Source of the DNA: an uncultured Anaerolineae bacterium
Lineage (GTDB): Bacteria > Chloroflexota > Anaerolineae > CG2-30-64-16
NCBI GenBank assembly: GCA_937124585.1
Contig: CAKZKT010000147.1
Location: 46,104-110,103, forward strand
Direction of reading: 5' to 3'
DNA: 64,000 nucleotides
This document shows positions 20,327 to 30,701 of the stretch, piece by piece. A program made the translations under genes and the position numbers. Position 1 is the stretch's first letter; the number at the start of each line of letters is the position of its first letter. The notes under the pieces were generated by a model that saw only the letters and a program-made list of their open reading frames with translations, was not told the DNA's origin and searched no databases.

Positions 20327-20378
20327 GGCGCGTCGCTTTCCGTTCCCCGATGGGAAATGAGAAAATGAGGATGTTTGC

Positions 20379-21545
20379 ATGGCATACAAAAAACCATCTT
20401 TGCGGCCGCTTACCTCCGGGCCGAAATATCATTGGTTTGGCTACTACGATAAACTACAGTTCGATCCCACCGGCCGCTATGTCCTCGGCATGGAGGTGGA
20501 TTTCGAGCATCGCTCACCCCGACCCAATGACGTGATCAAAGTGGGCATGATTGACCTGCGCAATGGTGATCGCTGGATCGAGCTGGGAGAAAGCCGCGCC
20601 TGGTGCTGGCAACAGGGCTGTATGCTCCAGTGGCTGCCTGGCTCTCTCAGCGAGGTCATCTGGAACGATCGCATAGACGATACGTTCGTCTGTCACATCC
20701 TGGACATCTACACCGGCCGCAAACGCACAATCGGCGCGCCGATCTACACCATCAGCCCGGACGGCAAGCGGGCAGTGACGCCAGACTTCCGCCGCATCAA
20801 CGATTGCCGGCCCGGCTACGGTTATGCCGGCGTTCCCGATCCCTATCGTGATCAGCTCGCACCGGAACAGACCGGCATCTGGCATGTTGACCTGATTACA
20901 GGTGTCAGCAAACTGATCATCTCCTTTGCGCAGATCGCCGCCATTCCTTCACGGCTCGGCGATCTCACCATCATGAAGCACTGGTTCAACCATCTGCTGT
21001 GGGGACCAACGAACGACCGTTTCGAGTTTCTCAACCGCTGGCGAGGACCCGGTACGGTGGGGCTTCCCACGCGCATGTTCACGGCCCGCCCCGACGGCAG
21101 CGACATCCGCATCGTGGACGGTTACGGCAAGATGTCGCATTTCATCTGGCGGGACCCCCAACATATCCTGGGCTGGTCGTGGCACCCATCGCACGGCGAT
21201 GCTTTCTATCTCTATACGGATGACGGCAGCGAACAGCCTGCACCGGTCGGCCTGGGGGTGATGACCGAAAATGGCCACTGCACCTACCTGCCGGGCAACA
21301 AGTGGATTCTGAACGACACCTATCCAGATGCGCAGCGGCTGCAGCACCTGTACCTCTACCATGTTCCGACCGGACAAAAGGTGCCCCTGGCCGATCTGTA
21401 CACCGGCCCCGAGTACGTCGGAGAGTGGCGCTGCGACCTTCATCCCCGTTTCAGTCCGGACGGTCGGCTGGTGACGATTGATTCCAATCATGAAGGAAAA
21501 GGGCGTCAGATCTATCTGCTGGATATCAGCGAGATCGTTGGATGA
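20379..21545 (+). CDS. Beta-propeller protein (oligogalacturonate lyase/TolB-like)
   Basis: Motifs HWFGYYD, WFNH, GHCTY and DLHPRFSPDG. No signal peptide. Confidence 0.65.
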   Translation: MAYKKPSLRPLTSGPKYHWFGYYDKLQFDPTGRYVLGMEVDFEHRSPRPNDVIKVGMIDLRNGDRWIELGESRAWCWQQGCMLQWLPGSLSEVIWNDRIDDTFVCHILDIYTGRKRTIGAPIYTISPDGKRAVTPDFRRINDCRPGYGYAGVPDPYRDQLAPEQTGIWHVDLITGVSKLIISFAQIAAIPSRLGDLTIMKHWFNHLLWGPTNDRFEFLNRWRGPGTVGLPTRMFTARPDGSDIRIVDGYGKMSHFIWRDPQHILGWSWHPSHGDAFYLYTDDGSEQPAPVGLGVMTENGHCTYLPGNKWILNDTYPDAQRLQHLYLYHVPTGQKVPLADLYTGPEYVGEWRCDLHPRFSPDGRLVTIDSNHEGKGRQIYLLDISEIVG

Positions 21546-21638
21546 GGCCGACCGGCGCCTTCCACGCATCCGCCGACGGTCATGTGGCAAGCCCGCTCGA
21601 TCCGACCCCGGGCGGGCCGTCCTCTCAGAGGCAGTTCT

Positions 21639-22631
21639 ATGCGCACGTTTGTCCTGAAACGCATTCTCCAAGCCATTCCGATCCTGTTCGGCATCTCGAT
21701 CATTGCATTTGCGATCATCCAGTTGCCGCCAGGCGATTACCTGACAACTTATGTCAATAATTTGCGCTCGCAAGGCGATGTTATCAGCGATGAGCAGGTC
21801 AAGGCGCTCGAAGAACAGTACGGCTTGAATCAGCCGCTCTACCTGCAATACTGGAAATGGATTACCAACTTCGTGCGGGGCGAGATGGGGCAATCATTCT
21901 ATTGGAACAAACCGGTGCGCAGCCTGATCGGGGAACGTATCGCCCTCAGCATGTTGGTCTCCCTCTTCGCCCTGGTGCTCACCTATGCCATTGCCATCCC
22001 GATCGGTCTGATTTCGGCTACCCGCCAGTATTCCTTCGCAGACAATCTTTTCACCGTGTTGGCGTTCATCGGTGTCGGCTTGCCCTCCTTCCTGGTTGCA
22101 CTGGTGTTGATGTACTTCGGCAATCGCTATCTGGGCCTGAGCGCCGGCGGCCTCTTCTCTATCGAATACATGGACGCGCCCTGGAGTCTCGGCCGTGTGC
22201 TTGACCTGCTCAAACACATGATCCTGCCGGCATTGATCATTGGTATCTCCGGGACAGCCGGCACGATCCGCGTGATGCGCGCCACGACCCTGGACGAGTT
22301 GAGCCGGCCTTATGTCGAGGCGGCGCGAGCGCGCGGCCTGCGGGAGATGGTCGCCGTGCTGCGTTATCCGGTGCGCGTGGCGCTTAACCCAATCATGAGC
22401 ACAATCGGCTGGCAGCTGCCGGCGCTCGTCTCCGGCGAGACGCTCGTCTCAATGGTGCTCGGTCTGCCTACCTGCGGCCCGCTCCTCTACACCGCACTGA
22501 TCACTCAGGACATGTATCTCGCGGCCAGTTTTATCATGATTCTGAGCACGCTCACTGTGGCCGGCACCCTGCTTTCAGATATCCTGCTGGCCTGGATTGA
22601 CCCCCGTATCCGGTTCGGAGGCATTCAATAG
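21639..22631 (+). CDS. Opp/Dpp-type ABC permease (B subunit)
   Basis: Motifs LPPGDY, YGLNQP..QYWKW and EAA loop YVEAARARG. Confidence 0.92.
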   Translation: MRTFVLKRILQAIPILFGISIIAFAIIQLPPGDYLTTYVNNLRSQGDVISDEQVKALEEQYGLNQPLYLQYWKWITNFVRGEMGQSFYWNKPVRSLIGERIALSMLVSLFALVLTYAIAIPIGLISATRQYSFADNLFTVLAFIGVGLPSFLVALVLMYFGNRYLGLSAGGLFSIEYMDAPWSLGRVLDLLKHMILPALIIGISGTAGTIRVMRATTLDELSRPYVEAARARGLREMVAVLRYPVRVALNPIMSTIGWQLPALVSGETLVSMVLGLPTCGPLLYTALITQDMYLAASFIMILSTLTVAGTLLSDILLAWIDPRIRFGGIQ

Positions 22632-22632
22632 C

Positions 22633-23817
22633 ATGGAAGTCCCAGCTTCTTCCCCGCAGAACACACCTCCCTCTGCTCCGCCCATGCAGGCGCAAGAGGA
22701 TCAGCTGATCGCCGAAAGCGGCGCCCGTTCGATCCGCCTGCTGTCGCATCGGCAGCTTGTGTTGATGCGCTTTCGCAAGAACCGACTCGCCTTGATCGGA
22801 CTGGCCACCTTGATCCTGCTCTATTTGATGGCGATCTTCTGCGAGTTCATCGCACCCTATGACCCCAACCGACGATTTCAGGGCAATGTCCATGCGCCGC
22901 CGACGCGGCTTCACTTGCGCACCCCAGAAGGCGCCTGGAGCATGCCTTTCTTCTATCGAGTAGAACGCAAAACGGATCCCTCTACTTTCGAGCGCGTCTA
23001 CGCTGAAGACACACGCCAGCGCTATTCGCTCAGGCTTTTTGTGCGCGGTGATCCCTACGAGATGTGGGGCCTGATTCCGCTCGACGTCCATCTTTTCGGA
23101 AGCAGCGACCCAAGCGTGCCGCTTTTCCTGATGGGGGCCGACGCCATGGGACGTGACCTGCTCAGCCGCATCGTGTACGGCAGCCGCATCTCGCTCTCGA
23201 TCGGCCTGGTCGGTGTCTGCACCAGTCTGCTGATCGGTCTGATCCTGGGCGGTGTGTCGGGCTACTACGGAGGTATGGTGGACGACATCGTGCAACGTCT
23301 CATCGAACTGATCCGCTCGATCCCCACGGTGCCCCTCTGGATGGGCCTGGCGGCCGCGCTGCCGCCGAGCTGGCCGCAGCTGCGCGTCTATCTGGGCATC
23401 ACAATCATCCTGTCATTTGTCGGTTGGACCACCCTGGCACGCGTCATCCGAGGGAAATTCCTGGCGCTGCGCGAGGAAGATTATGTGCTGGCCGCGCTGC
23501 AGGCCGGCGCCCAACCCTTTTTCGTCATTCGGGAGCACTTGTTGCCCTCCTTCATGAGCTACATCCTGGTGCACCTGACGCTGGCGATACCGGGCATGAT
23601 CATCGGCGAAACCGGCCTGAGCTTCCTCGGCCTAGGCCTGGTGGCGCCGACGATCAGCTGGGGCGTGTTGCTCAAAGACGCACAAAAGGTGCAAGAGGTC
23701 GCCCTCCACCCGTGGATCCTGATCCCTGCGATCTTTGTACTCATCACCGTAATGGCCTTCAACTTCTTCGGCGATGGGTTGCGGGATGCGGCAGACCCAT
23801 ATAGCCAGCGGACGTGA
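22633..23817 (+). CDS. Opp/Dpp-type ABC permease (C subunit)
   Basis: Motifs GADAMGRDLLSRIVYGSRISL, LSFLGLG and GDGLRDAADP. Confidence 0.92.
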   Translation: MEVPASSPQNTPPSAPPMQAQEDQLIAESGARSIRLLSHRQLVLMRFRKNRLALIGLATLILLYLMAIFCEFIAPYDPNRRFQGNVHAPPTRLHLRTPEGAWSMPFFYRVERKTDPSTFERVYAEDTRQRYSLRLFVRGDPYEMWGLIPLDVHLFGSSDPSVPLFLMGADAMGRDLLSRIVYGSRISLSIGLVGVCTSLLIGLILGGVSGYYGGMVDDIVQRLIELIRSIPTVPLWMGLAAALPPSWPQLRVYLGITIILSFVGWTTLARVIRGKFLALREEDYVLAALQAGAQPFFVIREHLLPSFMSYILVHLTLAIPGMIIGETGLSFLGLGLVAPTISWGVLLKDAQKVQEVALHPWILIPAIFVLITVMAFNFFGDGLRDAADPYSQRT

Positions 23818-23905
23818 AACGTAAAGCGTGATGTGAAAGTCACGCCATCAACCGGCGCAGAGTGGTATTTTCATGAAGTCACGTTTCACGCAGGGTAGTA
23901 ACGAT

Positions 23906-24922
23906 ATGCCGAATAACAACATTCTCATCGAAGTCAAAGAGCTGCGCACCTACTTCTACCTCACTGAGGGGGTGGTGCGGGCGGTAGATGGCGTCAGTTT
24001 CAGCCTGGAGCGTGGTCGGACGCTGGGCGTAGTGGGCGAAAGCGGCTGTGGCAAGAGCGTGACGGCCCGCTCTATCATGAATATGGTGCGCAAACCCGGC
24101 CGTACGGTAGGCGGTGAGGTCCTGTATCATCGCCGGAATGGCGATGATACCACAGAAGAGATCATTGACCTGTTGAAGCTGGAGCCGATGGGCGATGAAA
24201 TGCGGGCGATCCGTGGCGGCGAGTTTGCCATGATCTTCCAGGAACCGCGCGCCTCCCTCAGCCCGGTCCATACCATCGGCACCCAGATCGTGGAGGCGAT
24301 TCGCCTGCACCGGCCGATGACCAAAGCCCAGGCGCGCGAACACGGCATCGAGATGCTGCGCCGCGTGAAGATCCCTCGCCCGGAGCAGATCATTGATGCT
24401 TACCCGCATCAGCTCAGCGGCGGCATGTGCCAGCGCGCCATGATTGCGCTGGCCCTGGCCTGTCAGCCCGCGCTGCTCATCGCCGACGAACCTACCACAG
24501 CGCTGGATGTCACCACCGAAGCCCAGATACTGGAGCTGATGCGAGAGCTCCAGGCGACCTTCGAGACCTCGATCATGTACATCACCCATAACCTGGCCGT
24601 CGTCGCCGAGATCGCGCGTGATGTGATGGTCATGTATATGGGCAAAGATGTCGAATTCGCTCCGGTAGATGCCATCTTCCACGAGCCGAAGCATCCCTAT
24701 ACCATTGCCCTGCTCTCTTCGATCCCTCGAATTGACGTCGAGCGCGACATGTTGGCGACCATGGCCGGGACAGTGCCCGATCCCTACGCGCTGCCGAAGG
24801 GCTGCCCGTTTCATCCGCGCTGTCCGTCGCGTCTGCCGGTGTGCAGCCAAGATATCGAGGTGCCTTACGTGTTTTTCGACAAAGGACATCGGGTGCGTTG
24901 TCATTTGTACACAGCGAAATGA
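23906..24922 (+). CDS. Opp/Dpp-type ABC ATPase (D subunit)
   Basis: Motifs GESGCGKS, LSGGMCQR, DEPTTALD and C-terminal CPFHPRC. Confidence 0.93.
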   Translation: MPNNNILIEVKELRTYFYLTEGVVRAVDGVSFSLERGRTLGVVGESGCGKSVTARSIMNMVRKPGRTVGGEVLYHRRNGDDTTEEIIDLLKLEPMGDEMRAIRGGEFAMIFQEPRASLSPVHTIGTQIVEAIRLHRPMTKAQAREHGIEMLRRVKIPRPEQIIDAYPHQLSGGMCQRAMIALALACQPALLIADEPTTALDVTTEAQILELMRELQATFETSIMYITHNLAVVAEIARDVMVMYMGKDVEFAPVDAIFHEPKHPYTIALLSSIPRIDVERDMLATMAGTVPDPYALPKGCPFHPRCPSRLPVCSQDIEVPYVFFDKGHRVRCHLYTAK

Positions 24923-25020
24923 GCAAATCGGCAAATCAACAGGCAACCAGATGAGCATGCCGTATAGTTCACGTTGCACGTTTCATATTGTGTCCATCTC
25001 CTTTCCAGGGAGCTGAGTGC

Positions 25021-26070
25021 ATGACCCAGGCATCAATTGAGGCGAGTGCCAGCGCGCCATTGCTTGAAGTGCGCAATCTCAAGAAACACTTCCCCATCAC
25101 GAAAGGGCTGTTCTCGGCCGTGCATGGCTACGTCAAAGCGGTAGACGGCGTGAGTTTCGCTATCCCACGCGGCCAAGTCTTGGGCCTGGTGGGCGAGAGC
25201 GGCTGCGGCAAGACGACGGTGGGCCGGCTGATCATGCGCCTGTACCGGCCCACGGCAGGCCAGATCCTGGTGCGGCTGGGCAAAGACAACGAGCCGGCCA
25301 CCGATATCGCCAATTTGGACCACACCGCATTGATGCCCTATCGCCGTCAGATGCAGATGATCTTTCAGGACCCCTACACGTCGCTCAACCCCCGTAAAAC
25401 GATCCTGGAAATCGTCAGCGAGCCGCTGCGTATTCACGGCATCGCTTCCGGCAAAGCGTTGCAGAGCCGGGTAGAGGAGCTGCTGGAGCTGGTCGGGCTG
25501 CGCGCCGAGTACGTCATGCGCTATCCGCACGCATTCAGCGGCGGACAACGCCAGCGCATCGGGATCGCGCGTGCCCTGGCGCTCAACCCACAGTTCATCG
25601 TCGCCGATGAACCGGTCTCGGCGTTAGATGTGTCAGTTCAGGCCCAAGTGCTCAACCTGATGCGTTCGTTGCAACGCAAATTCGGCCTGACCTATCTGTT
25701 CATCTCGCATGACCTGAGCGTAGTCAAGCACATTAGCGACCGCATCGCTGTGATGTATGTCGGTAATCTGGTCGAGACGGCCAGCACGAAGGAGCTCTTC
25801 GTCAGGCCGCTCCACCCGTACACCGAGGCGTTGCTTTCATCAGTCCCGAAGCCCGATCCCAGGCTGCAGCGACGACGCAAGATTCCGCAGGGCGAGGTGG
25901 CTGATCCAGCGCATCCACCGCCCGGCTGTCGCTTCCACCCACGTTGCCCGTATGCGCAAACTCGTTGCGCCCAGGAAGAACCGGTGCTACGCGAGTTCCC
26001 TGGCGGTCGCACCGTGGCATGTCATTACGCCGAGCAACTGACGCTGACCGGAGCGCTGGAGGCCGCATGA
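25021..26070 (+). CDS. Opp/Dpp-type ABC ATPase (F subunit)
   Basis: Motifs [24 protein letters not shown] and CRFHPRC. Confidence 0.93.
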   Translation: MTQASIEASASAPLLEVRNLKKHFPITKGLFSAVHGYVKAVDGVSFAIPRGQVLGLVGESGCGKTTVGRLIMRLYRPTAGQILVRLGKDNEPATDIANLDHTALMPYRRQMQMIFQDPYTSLNPRKTILEIVSEPLRIHGIASGKALQSRVEELLELVGLRAEYVMRYPHAFSGGQRQRIGIARALALNPQFIVADEPVSALDVSVQAQVLNLMRSLQRKFGLTYLFISHDLSVVKHISDRIAVMYVGNLVETASTKELFVRPLHPYTEALLSSVPKPDPRLQRRRKIPQGEVADPAHPPPGCRFHPRCPYAQTRCAQEEPVLREFPGGRTVACHYAEQLTLTGALEAA

Positions 26071-26137
26071 TACTGGCCCCACATCCCAGCCGCATTCGGG
26101 TGTGTCTGATATAAAAATACACATCGAGGTGCATCCT

Positions 26138-27205
26138 GTGAATCCTCGTGAGCGTGTCATCACTGCCCTTTCGCGCCGCGTCCCTGACCGTGTGCCCAAA
26201 ACCATGACTTTATGCCCCAGCCAACTGGCGCGCTTTCGGCAGGAAACTGGCTGCACTGACCCGTTGGCGTACTTCAACATCGAAGTGCGGACAGTGGATC
26301 CGCTGCCGGCATACAATCCGGCCGACTTCGGCCGTTACCTGGGGGACATCCCGGCCGACGCCCGAATAGATGAGTGGGGTATCGCCTGGATGCGCGGTGA
26401 CTTCCACTTCGAGCGAATGATCCACCCGCTGCGAAATGCGACGACCGTTCAGGATGTCCTGACCTATCCCTATCCCGATCTGGTCGCCGAGGAGCGCTTT
26501 ATCGGCTACGCCGAACGCATCGCTGAAGTACGCCGGCAGGGTTACGCCGTGATTGCCAACTGCATGGGGGTCGGCGGAACTGTCTTCTGGCCGGCATACA
26601 AGTTGCGCGGCATGGAGGCGCTCCTGGTTGACTTGATTGCCAACCCCGACTTCACGGCTACTCTGCTCGATATCGTGACCGAGATGATGGCGGGATCGGC
26701 GCACAGGCTGGCACACTACGACATAGATGTGCTTTGGTTAGCCGACGATTTCGGGACACAGCGCGGCCTGATGATGCGGCCAAAAACATGGCGCACCTGG
26801 TTCAAACAGCGACTGCGAACCGTCATTGCTGCAGCGAAAGCAGTTCGTCCGAATTTGCTGATCGCGTTCCATTCGGACGGCAAAATTGACGAGATCATCC
26901 CTGATTTGATCGAGATCGGGGTGGACGTGCTCAATCCGCTCCAGCCCGAGGTCATGGATCTCTCTGCCATCAAGCGCGAATTTGGCAAGCATCTGGCTTT
27001 TTGGGGCGGCCTCGGCACCCAGACCACCTTGCCTTTCGGCTCGCCGGCCAAAGTACGTCAAACCGTGCGCGATCTCATCACGACCGTTGGCGTGGATGGC
27101 GGCTTCCTCATCGCGCCCACCCACGTCGTCGAGCCCGAAGTACCGTGGGAAGACATCATCGCTTTCGTCGAAGCGGTAGAGGAGTTCGGCCAATACGAAA
27201 CATGA
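26138..27205 (+). CDS. Uroporphyrinogen decarboxylase/MtaA-like family protein
   Basis: Motifs PDRVP, DEWG, DDFGTQ, FHSDG, LNPLQPE and APTH. GTG at 26138 follows GAGGTG. Confidence 0.85.
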   Translation: MNPRERVITALSRRVPDRVPKTMTLCPSQLARFRQETGCTDPLAYFNIEVRTVDPLPAYNPADFGRYLGDIPADARIDEWGIAWMRGDFHFERMIHPLRNATTVQDVLTYPYPDLVAEERFIGYAERIAEVRRQGYAVIANCMGVGGTVFWPAYKLRGMEALLVDLIANPDFTATLLDIVTEMMAGSAHRLAHYDIDVLWLADDFGTQRGLMMRPKTWRTWFKQRLRTVIAAAKAVRPNLLIAFHSDGKIDEIIPDLIEIGVDVLNPLQPEVMDLSAIKREFGKHLAFWGGLGTQTTLPFGSPAKVRQTVRDLITTVGVDGGFLIAPTHVVEPEVPWEDIIAFVEAVEEFGQYET

Positions 27206-27267
27206 AGACATTTATCAACCACCCCATTAACCGATTTACCCAATGCCCATACCCGGAGGTCTGACTC

Positions 27268-28644
27268 ATGCGCGGTCCCAAAATCACCGTCATCGGCGCC
27301 GGCAGCTTCTTCTTCGGCAAGCCGGTGATCCACAAAATGGCCACCAGCCCGATCATGGCTGGCGGCACGCTGGCACTGGTGGACACCAACCCACACGTGC
27401 TCCAGACCATGATCCGGCTGGCCCAGCGCGCCTTTGCGTACACCGGCTGCGATGTCAAGGTCGTCGGCTCAACCGAACGCCGCGCTGTGCTCGGCGACTC
27501 GGATTTCGTCGTGCTTACCTTCGCAGAACGCAACGCATACTATCGCGGCGTAGACACCCGGATCGCAGCCAAACACGGCATCCGCATGTGCAGCTCGGAT
27601 ACCATCGGGCCGGGCGGCATCTTCCGTGCCCTGCGTGAGGCCCCCCATGCCCTGGCCATGGCAAAGGACACACACGAGCTGGCCCCCAACGCCTGGCTCA
27701 TCAACTTCGTCAACCCGACCACCGTGCTCGGCATCGTCCTCATGCGTTATGCGCCGGAAGTGAAGAACTTCGCCCTCTGCGACGGCCAGCATGAGCCGTA
27801 CTGCACCCTCAACTGGTGCAAAACCGCAGGCATCCTGCCGCCAGAGGCCCAAACCATCCCGCCCGATGTCCAGGCACGCCTCGATCTGGCCATCGGCGGC
27901 GTCAACCATTGCACCTTCATCCTGCGCTTCCGCTACGACGGCAAAGACATGCTGCCGGTGCTGCGCGAAACGGTGGCACGACGAGCAGCCATGGAACGCA
28001 ACAATCCCCAGGAGCATTCCAAATCGCGCTTCAACGCCACCTACGCGCTCCAATTGTTCGACCTGTACGGCATCTATCCGACTGCGATCGCGCACACGAA
28101 GGAATACGTGCCGTTCTATCAGGGCTACGGCGTCGCGGCCGTAGACCCGGAGCCACTGCGCCTCTTCGACGCAGAGGCGCGGGCCAGAGAGATGGACGCG
28201 GCATGGGAGATCACCGAGCAGTATGCGAATGGCCACATCCCGATGGAAGAATTCTTCCAGACCGTCCGCGATGACCACGCCACCGACATCATCGAATCCA
28301 TGTGGGGCGGACTGGGCAAGCCGTTTTTCATCAACACGACCAACCGCGGCGCGATCCCAAACCTGCCGGACGACGCGTATCTCGAACTGCGCTGCCACGT
28401 GGACATGAACGGCCCGCAGCCGTTGCCGGTCGGTCCCTTCCCGCGCGGCGCGCTGGCACTGCAACACCAGGTGCTCGATACCCACGAACTGACCGCCGAG
28501 GCCGCGATCACCGGCGACCGGGCCATCCTGCGCCGCGCCATGCTCACCGATCCCATCTGCAACAACATTGCCGACGCCGACAACTGCATCGCCGACCTGC
28601 TGGAGGCAGAGCGCGAGGCGCTGCCGGCATACTGGTATCGGTAA
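27268..28644 (+). CDS. GH4 NAD-dependent glycoside hydrolase
   Basis: Motifs KITVIGAGS, DTIGPGGIFRALR, INFVNP, ALCD and GVNH. Confidence 0.9.
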   Translation: MRGPKITVIGAGSFFFGKPVIHKMATSPIMAGGTLALVDTNPHVLQTMIRLAQRAFAYTGCDVKVVGSTERRAVLGDSDFVVLTFAERNAYYRGVDTRIAAKHGIRMCSSDTIGPGGIFRALREAPHALAMAKDTHELAPNAWLINFVNPTTVLGIVLMRYAPEVKNFALCDGQHEPYCTLNWCKTAGILPPEAQTIPPDVQARLDLAIGGVNHCTFILRFRYDGKDMLPVLRETVARRAAMERNNPQEHSKSRFNATYALQLFDLYGIYPTAIAHTKEYVPFYQGYGVAAVDPEPLRLFDAEARAREMDAAWEITEQYANGHIPMEEFFQTVRDDHATDIIESMWGGLGKPFFINTTNRGAIPNLPDDAYLELRCHVDMNGPQPLPVGPFPRGALALQHQVLDTHELTAEAAITGDRAILRRAMLTDPICNNIADADNCIADLLEAEREALPAYWYR

Positions 28645-28673
28645 GTCAAGGCACCCGTGAAAGGAGACCCGCC

Positions 28674-30668
28674 ATGCGTCCCATTCTCGCCCGTCAGGTT
28701 CACCTGGACTTCCACACCTCCGAACATATCCCGGACGTCGGCGCGCGATTCGACAAGCGGCAGTGGCAAGAGGCGCTCAAGCTCGGCCGCGTCAACTGGA
28801 TCAACATCTTCGCCAAATGTCACCACGGCTGGAGCTACTACCCCACCCGGGTCGGCGCGATGCACCCGACCCTCACGTTCGACCTGCTCGGCGCGCAGCT
28901 CGAAGCGTGCCACGAGATCGGCGTGCGCGCGCCCATCTACTACACCGTCGGCTGGTCGGTACACGATGCCGTGACGCATCCCGAATGGTGCGTGCGTCGG
29001 CCCGATGGCGGCATCGCCGCCACCAACTGGGACGACAACGCCCGGCCCGAAGATCGCAAACCGTATTTCTCCTGGCAGTTCATGTGCCCCAGCGGCGGCT
29101 ACCTCGACCTGATGTTGCGCCAGACCGAAGAGATCTGCCAACGCTATCCGGTAGATGGCCTCTGGTACGACATCACCGGCGGCCCATCCTGCTACTGTGA
29201 GAACTGCCGTCGCGGGATGATGGACGGCGGCTACGATGTGGGCGATCCCGAAGCGGTCTTCCAGTACGGCATCGCCAAATGGCGTCACTTCATGGCCGAA
29301 TGCAAGAAGATCCTCTATCGCTATCATCCCGAGGCAACGGTCTTCTTCAACGGCACCACAATCCTGCATCCCGACGCGCGCGGCCGCAACGTCAGGGCCC
29401 GGCTTTTCGACGCCAACACGCAACAGGAGCTCGAAGACCTGCCCACTACCTGGGGCGGCTACGACAAACTGCCCCTGCGCGCCAAATTCTTCCACAACAC
29501 GGGCAAACCGCTGATCGCCATGAGCGGCAAATTCCACACCAGTTGGGGCGAATTCGGCGGCTTCAAACACCCCGACGCGCTCCACTTCGAGGCCGCCGCG
29601 ATGCTGGCGTTCGGCGCAGCGTGCAACTTCGGCGACCAGCTCCATCCCTCCGGCCAGATGGACATGACGACCTATGCCAACATCGGCCACGCGTTCGCTT
29701 ATGTCGAGCAGATCGAGACATATTGCCTCAACGCAGTGCCGGTGGCCAACCTGGGACTGTGGTTCTCCAATTCCCAGGCCGATGACGAGGGCGTTGCGCT
29801 CATGCTGCTGGAGACACAGACCGATTTCCGCGTGGTGGATCCGGCCCAAACGCTGAGCGACTACGCGGCCATCATCCTGCCGGGCGCGTCCTGTCTGAGC
29901 GCGGACGAAGCAGCAAAACTGAACGCCTACGTCGCCGCGGGCGGCAGCCTGCTTGTGCTCGGCGAAAGCGCGCTGGACGAAACGCGCACGCGCTTCCTTC
30001 TCGACGTAGCCGCGGACTACCTGGGCCCGGCGAACTACGACGATGATTTCACCGTCGTCGGCGACGCGCTACAGCCCAGCCTGCCCGCCAGCCCCTTCCT
30101 GAACTACGAGGCGGCGCTGCGCGTCCAGCCTCGCGCCAGCGCCGAGATCCTGGCGACAATCCGCGAGCCCTATTTCAACCGCACCTACGGCCGCTTCTGT
30201 TCGCACCAGAACACCCCCTACCGGCTAGAACCCGCCGCGCACCCGGCGGGCCTGCGCGCCGGCCGCGTCGTCTTCTTGCCGCATCGCCTGGGCCGGCTCT
30301 ACCACCAGCACGGCGCGCGCGTCCACCGCGATCTCTTCGCCAACGCCCTGCGCCTGATCTACGACCGCCCCCTGGTGCAGACCCAGCTGCCCAGCGCCGG
30401 CCGCGTCAGCCTGATGTGCCAGCCCGATCACCACCGGTACATCGCGCACCTGCTCTACGGCCCGCCGCTCCAGCGCGGCCGCTGCCTGGTGATCGAGGAT
30501 CTGCCGACGCTCTACGACGTGCCGCTGACCGTCCGGCTGCCACAGCCAGTCAGGGCCGCCTATCTGATTCCGGGCCAGCATCCGCTGTCGCTGACGCACA
30601 CCGGCGACGCGGTCAGCGTGACCGTGCCGCAGGTGCAGGGACACCAGGCAGTCGTGTTTGAGGTCTGA
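28674..30668 (+). CDS. Putative alpha-L-fucosidase-like glycoside hydrolase (GH151-like) with trimerization-type C-terminal domain
   Basis: Motifs RQVHLDFHTS, FAKCHHGWSYYPT, DGLWYDI, LEDLPT.WGGY, GKFHTSWGEFGG and GDQLHP. ATG at 28674 follows AAGGAG. Confidence 0.75.
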   Translation: MRPILARQVHLDFHTSEHIPDVGARFDKRQWQEALKLGRVNWINIFAKCHHGWSYYPTRVGAMHPTLTFDLLGAQLEACHEIGVRAPIYYTVGWSVHDAVTHPEWCVRRPDGGIAATNWDDNARPEDRKPYFSWQFMCPSGGYLDLMLRQTEEICQRYPVDGLWYDITGGPSCYCENCRRGMMDGGYDVGDPEAVFQYGIAKWRHFMAECKKILYRYHPEATVFFNGTTILHPDARGRNVRARLFDANTQQELEDLPTTWGGYDKLPLRAKFFHNTGKPLIAMSGKFHTSWGEFGGFKHPDALHFEAAAMLAFGAACNFGDQLHPSGQMDMTTYANIGHAFAYVEQIETYCLNAVPVANLGLWFSNSQADDEGVALMLLETQTDFRVVDPAQTLSDYAAIILPGASCLSADEAAKLNAYVAAGGSLLVLGESALDETRTRFLLDVAADYLGPANYDDDFTVVGDALQPSLPASPFLNYEAALRVQPRASAEILATIREPYFNRTYGRFCSHQNTPYRLEPAAHPAGLRAGRVVFLPHRLGRLYHQHGARVHRDLFANALRLIYDRPLVQTQLPSAGRVSLMCQPDHHRYIAHLLYGPPLQRGRCLVIEDLPTLYDVPLTVRLPQPVRAAYLIPGQHPLSLTHTGDAVSVTVPQVQGHQAVVFEV

Positions 30669-30701
30669 ACCGACCTCTTGTGTTCAGAGGATGCCCGCGT
30701 G

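Noticed and set aside
26138-27205. hemE as part of the heme pathway
   Set aside because: It lacks the HemE RQAGR motif and sits within the sugar operon, so only a family-level call is made.
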